Source of the DNA: Rhodobacterales bacterium
GTDB lineage: Bacteria > Pseudomonadota > Alphaproteobacteria > Rhodobacterales > CAZPXZ01
Direction of reading: 5' to 3'
NCBI GenBank assembly: GCA_965219495.1
Contig: OZ244777.1
Span: 690,837 to 754,836 of the forward strand
DNA length: 64,000 nucleotides
The notes under the pieces are model-generated. The model worked only from the letters and a program-made list of their open reading frames with translations, was not told the origin of the DNA and ran no database searches. Shown here piece by piece: positions 60,420 to 64,000 of the stretch; within the stretch, counting starts at the first letter, position 1; every line of letters starts with the position of its first letter. A program made the position numbers and the translations under genes.

Positions 60420-60758
60420 ATGGATTTGAAAACTGAACGGCAGGACGGTGTGCTATCCGCTCGGGTTGGGGGACGGATTGACGGCTCGAACGTGGCCGAA
60501 TTCGAAGAGGCAATCAGAAACGCTATTGGGCAAGAAGATCGAGCTCTGATCATGGACTTCGAAGAGCTTGTCTACATTAGCAGTGCGGGCCTTCGCGCCA
60601 TTCTGATGACCGCCAAGAGTCTTTCTGGACGAGGTGCGAAGTTCGCCCTTTGCTCTCTCTCTCAGCAAATCCGTAAAGTTTTTGAAATCAGTGGATTCGA
60701 TAAATTCATTGCGATCCATCCCAACCAAGTGGAAGCACTCGCTTCGTTCGAAAAATAG
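60420..60758 (+). CDS. STAS-domain anti-sigma-factor antagonist (RsbV/SpoIIAA-like)
   Basis: LIMDFEELVYISSAGLRAILMTAK contains the conserved phosphorylatable Ser context. ...RKVFEISGFDKFIAIHP. ATG 60420 follows GGAG. Confidence 0.8.
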   Translation: MDLKTERQDGVLSARVGGRIDGSNVAEFEEAIRNAIGQEDRALIMDFEELVYISSAGLRAILMTAKSLSGRGAKFALCSLSQQIRKVFEISGFDKFIAIHPNQVEALASFEK

Positions 60759-60952
60759 TACGCGCCCGCACGTTTCTTTAGCGACCGGCGGTTAGCCGCC
60801 AAACAAAGGAAAACGCGAGCCCCAGCGCTATCCGGCAAGCGGTGTTTCGACATTGCGCCGCATATGTGGCGGAATTCACGGGCTGTGCGACCTGATACCT
60901 GACCTCTGAAACTGGCGGCCGGTCCATTTGCTTCAAGTATCGGGCGTCGTCG

Positions 60953-61888
60953 TCACGAAGCCACAACCTTGCCAATATCCTGCAAATCAAACGGGGTCTT
61001 CTGATAGACTTCATTGACCCAATTGCCGAGAAGAAGATGGGCATGAGATCGCCACCTGTTCTCAGGTGCCTTCTCGGGATCATCTCCTGGATAATAATTC
61101 ACCGGAACCGTGATCGGCAGATTCTCTTTGAGATCGCGCCGATACTCGCGGTCGAGGGTGTCCGTGTCGTATTCAATATGGTTGAACATGTACAGTTTGT
61201 GCCGGTCAGTTTCCTGCACCAGGCACAATCCGACCTGATCCGATTCGATCAGGACTTCCAGACCCGTCGATTCCGGCACTTCTACGCTGCGTACCTCGGT
61301 ATGGCGCGAAACCGGGATCAGAAAATCGTCCGAAAATCCCCGAACAAACGGCGAAGTTCGATTCAATATGCGATGTCGAAAGCAACCGAATGCCTTCGCC
61401 GAAAGCCGGTGCTTCGGTACTTGGTGACGGTGGTAGAGGAGCGCCTGCGCACCCCAGCATATACCAAGCGTCGCATGCACATGCGTCTCTGCCCAATCGA
61501 ATAGCTCAGTCAACTCTTCCCAATAGTAAACATCCTCAAATGGAAGGGTCTCGACGGGCGCTCCCGTCACGATCAATCCATCAAACTTCTCGTCACGTAT
61601 TTCTGTAATCGTTGAGTATGCGCTCAGCACGTCTTCCGGCGGAGGACTCTTCGGCCTGTGCGTGGCCATGCGGAGCAACGTCAGTTCAATCTGCAGAGGC
61701 GTTGCGCCGAGAAGGCGGGCGAACTGCGTTTCCGTTCTGGTCCGGGTCGCGGTCGGCATCAGGTTTGCGAGCACGATGCGAAGCGGTCGAATATCCTGAC
61801 GGACCGCTTCATCCTCGGTCATGACTATGACGCCTTCTTCGATTAGGACATCCTTCGTAGGCAAGTCTTCGGGAATCTTGATGGGCAT
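60953..61888 (-). CDS. metA: homoserine O-acyltransferase (MetA family)
   Basis: MPIKIPEDLP...RPLRIVLANLMP, GLIVTGAPVE, GICWGAQA, SRHTE. Confidence 0.9.
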   Translation of the reverse strand: MPIKIPEDLPTKDVLIEEGVIVMTEDEAVRQDIRPLRIVLANLMPTATRTRTETQFARLLGATPLQIELTLLRMATHRPKSPPPEDVLSAYSTITEIRDEKFDGLIVTGAPVETLPFEDVYYWEELTELFDWAETHVHATLGICWGAQALLYHRHQVPKHRLSAKAFGCFRHRILNRTSPFVRGFSDDFLIPVSRHTEVRSVEVPESTGLEVLIESDQVGLCLVQETDRHKLYMFNHIEYDTDTLDREYRRDLKENLPITVPVNYYPGDDPEKAPENRWRSHAHLLLGNWVNEVYQKTPFDLQDIGKVVAS

Positions 61889-61894
61889 GAGCTT

Positions 61895-62782
61895 CTACTT
61901 GCCGACGGTGTTTTCATTTCGAGTGTCTCCACGCCCGGCAATAGCTGCGGCGGTCAGATCGTCGAATTTGGTAGCGCTTGCAATTCTTGCGAGATCATCA
62001 CCTTCGATGCAAACACCCCAGCGCATTGCGAGCGCCTCATATCGGGGCAACCGCCAGTCCAGCAGTCGCTCAAAGGCAAAAACCAGGAAATCTGATGGGT
62101 CCACAGCGCACTCCTCCCGGTCACCCAGATACGCCTTCCAAATTTTGTCAAGAAAATTCTCATGAAAGTACATGGGTTTCGGTGCCTTGCGAAATCGATC
62201 GATCAGAGTGCTCCGATGCTGCTCGGAAACACGTATGTAGATGGGCAGCATATGTCGCGAGACATGCGTAAATACCGGATCCTCCGGATCCAGATGGTCT
62301 GCAAGTTCGCATATGCTGCCACTCGAATCGCAGACGAAATGTTCGTATCCATAAACCCTCCGGGCGCGCTCGATAAATTCTTCCGCGTCCTTCGTGGCGG
62401 CTAGCTCGGCGGTCGCGTGTTTGCGTTGCCTCCGACGATACTCTTCGAATGTAAGTCCCCCCTTCGCCGGATCTCCGGGCGCCCCGACGTATTTTGAAAG
62501 GGGCACAAGGTTCTCAAACGCAAGTTTCGACCGCACGACAATGGAGTCCGAGCGGAGGAGATCTCGCAGCAACGGCACCTGCATCGCCGCAAGCTTCACC
62601 GTATCGGTTATGCGTTCGCCCAAATAGCGCGTTCCGATGCGATAATCGACCGAATAGTGGTACCAGTTCGCGGCTTCGCGGAGCAGAGCGGCCGCGCGGG
62701 TCTTGCCCACTCCGGACATCCCGAAGAGTAAGACAGATTTGCGCTTGGAAGCGCGATACGCTTCGCCCGACTCGTAGAGCAT
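61895..62782 (-). CDS. P-loop NTPase of unknown function
   Basis: The Walker A motif is LFGMSGVGKT. 295 aa, 6 nt upstream of metA, and apparently co-transcribed with it. Confidence 0.55.
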   Translation of the reverse strand: MLYESGEAYRASKRKSVLLFGMSGVGKTRAAALLREAANWYHYSVDYRIGTRYLGERITDTVKLAAMQVPLLRDLLRSDSIVVRSKLAFENLVPLSKYVGAPGDPAKGGLTFEEYRRRQRKHATAELAATKDAEEFIERARRVYGYEHFVCDSSGSICELADHLDPEDPVFTHVSRHMLPIYIRVSEQHRSTLIDRFRKAPKPMYFHENFLDKIWKAYLGDREECAVDPSDFLVFAFERLLDWRLPRYEALAMRWGVCIEGDDLARIASATKFDDLTAAAIAGRGDTRNENTVGK

Positions 62783-62891
62783 ATCAACCCCTGCACCTTA
62801 CTGATGTCCAGCTAGTCAATTGGTGGAATGCACTTTAGGAACCTGAATCATTGAAGACCAGTATTGTAGAGGGGGTCTTCGGTTTTCTCGT

Positions 62892-63158
62892 TCAAGTCAA
62901 GAACCGCCGCCACGGGAAGCGAGCGCATCCCGCCACTCCCCACCCGTGAACGGGACAAGTCCGATCGCAGAATATTCCCGCATTGACATCTCGATCCAGC
63001 ACCAACTCGCAGGCCGGACAGGCGTGGACGCGAACAGCTAGATCAGCGCCTCGGCGCAGCATCCCGAATTGCGCGAATTCCCGCTCGGGCACCGAACCGA
63101 GAGCCACTTGGCCATAGGCAAGGTATGCTTTGCAAGAATGCCAGAAACCAACAAGCAC
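62892..63158 (-). pseudogene. TnpB (IS200/IS605 OrfB) C-terminal relic
   Basis: ...AYGQVALGSVPEREFAQ...VHACPACELVLDRDVNAGI shows the zinc-ribbon plus DRD.NA motif of the TnpB C-terminus. The RuvC N-terminal parts are absent. Confidence 0.5.
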
Positions 63159-63252
63159 GGAGGGCCACAGCCCAAGCGATCTCTTGATCTGTTACACGCC
63201 CATATGCGATGCATCAATCGCGATTACCCCCAAAAAGCATGTGCGAAAATCG

Positions 63253-64000
63253 CTAGATTTCGGCGATGGAACTCCGGCGCCTGCCGACGACGATTGTAAC
63301 TGCCCACATGACCAATACGGCCACCACCCAAGTGCCAGTGACGCTCGCCCATGGTATGGACCCATCCGGTCCGCCGATCAAAAGCGTTCGCGTACCCACG
63401 GCAATCTCGGGAAGCGGCAACACATTATTCATCCAGGTTGCCCATTCAGGAGCCGCACCAACCGGAACCACTATCCCGGACGCCAGTCCTTGATAAAACG
63501 CGAGCGGAAGGGCAACGACCAATGCGAACCAACCAAGAACAGAAAAGAGCGCCGTAAAGAGGGCCATCGCTGCGGCCCCCACTAATCCGCGAAACGCCCA
63601 GATTTCCCAGAAGCCGTCCCAGGCTCCTGACACGACTCCGAGGACGAGCACAACCGCAAGTCCAGACAACAAGGAAGCCAACACCGGAACCGACCCTCGA
63701 ACGGCGGCGATTAGCGGGGCACTTCCACGGTGCAGTTCCGCCTGTGTTCCCTGGAACAGCAAGACTGCGCCCACGAGGCCGGCGAGCCAAGAAGCAAAAC
63801 CGATGACAATGGGTGCCTGCAGAATCCTCGTGTTCACCACAGTGTGCAGGGATTCCCCCGAAATTTGCACAGGCGGGAGCGGAGGACCCGTGCTTGCGGC
63901 GCTCGCACTGGCTGAGCCAGCTGCGGATAGTTGCGCACGGGCAGCAAGAACGGCGGTACTCAGTCCCAATTGAATTTGCGCCGGAAGCGCCCGCGCAAAC
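63253..64000 (-). CDS. polytopic membrane protein (YhgE/Pip or ABC-2-like C-terminal domain), 5' end outside the window
   Basis: Six hydrophobic segments in the ORF 63253..63969. The frame stays open to position 64000 (FARALPAQIQLGLSTAV...), so the gene continues beyond the window. Confidence 0.55.
   Translation of the reverse strand, partial: FARALPAQIQLGLSTAVLAARAQLSAAGSASASAASTGPPLPPVQISGESLHTVVNTRILQAPIVIGFASWLAGLVGAVLLFQGTQAELHRGSAPLIAAVRGSVPVLASLLSGLAVVLVLGVVSGAWDGFWEIWAFRGLVGAAAMALFTALFSVLGWFALVVALPLAFYQGLASGIVVPVGAAPEWATWMNNVLPLPEIAVGTRTLLIGGPDGSIPWASVTGTWVVAVLVMWAVTIVVGRRRSSIAEI

Overview
High-GC (about 60% by eye) chromosomal segment with alphaproteobacterial-type housekeeping genes: rpmG, thyX, folK, gloA, gcvT-gcvH-gcvP, metA, an ammonium transporter, tRNA-Val(CAC) and tRNA-Ala(CGC). 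There is no rRNA and no CRISPR array. Metabolic content includes a glnT-like/glxB/glxC-like gamma-glutamyl cluster with a second GS-family ligase and a GntR regulator. It also includes adhC-gabD-MFS-ferredoxin, an ureohydrolase/GATase1/GGT trio, and a four-gene imelysin/DUF1111/imelysin/DUF1513 cluster. The main feature is the mobile-DNA load and gene decay. I count at least 11 mobile-element copies or relics: IS110, IS5/IS427-group, an ISNCY/IS1182-like IS, two different IS1634-family elements, IS1380, a Tn5-like IS4 element, a group II intron plus a second intron relic, a 577-bp IR mini-element, and a TnpB relic. Most are defective. Several host genes are broken: imelysin by an in-frame TGA, the DUF1111 gene by an IS with an 8-bp target duplication, a dpp-type ABC operon reduced to fragments, plus SDR and sulfatase fragments. 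The observations most worth follow-up are four. (1) A three-level nest at 13.1-17.8 kb, where an IS transposase gene is split by a group II intron whose RT gene is split by a 27-bp-IR mini-element carrying a tyrosine-recombinase 3' end. (2) An apparently intact 812-aa fusion of a DUF4338 (Druantia DruA-type) domain to a Tn5-like transposase. (3) An ammonium transporter flanked by an RsbW-like kinase and an RsbV-like STAS protein instead of glnK. (4) The overall pattern of IS expansion with pseudogenisation. All family assignments rest on motif recognition by eye; no database search was run.
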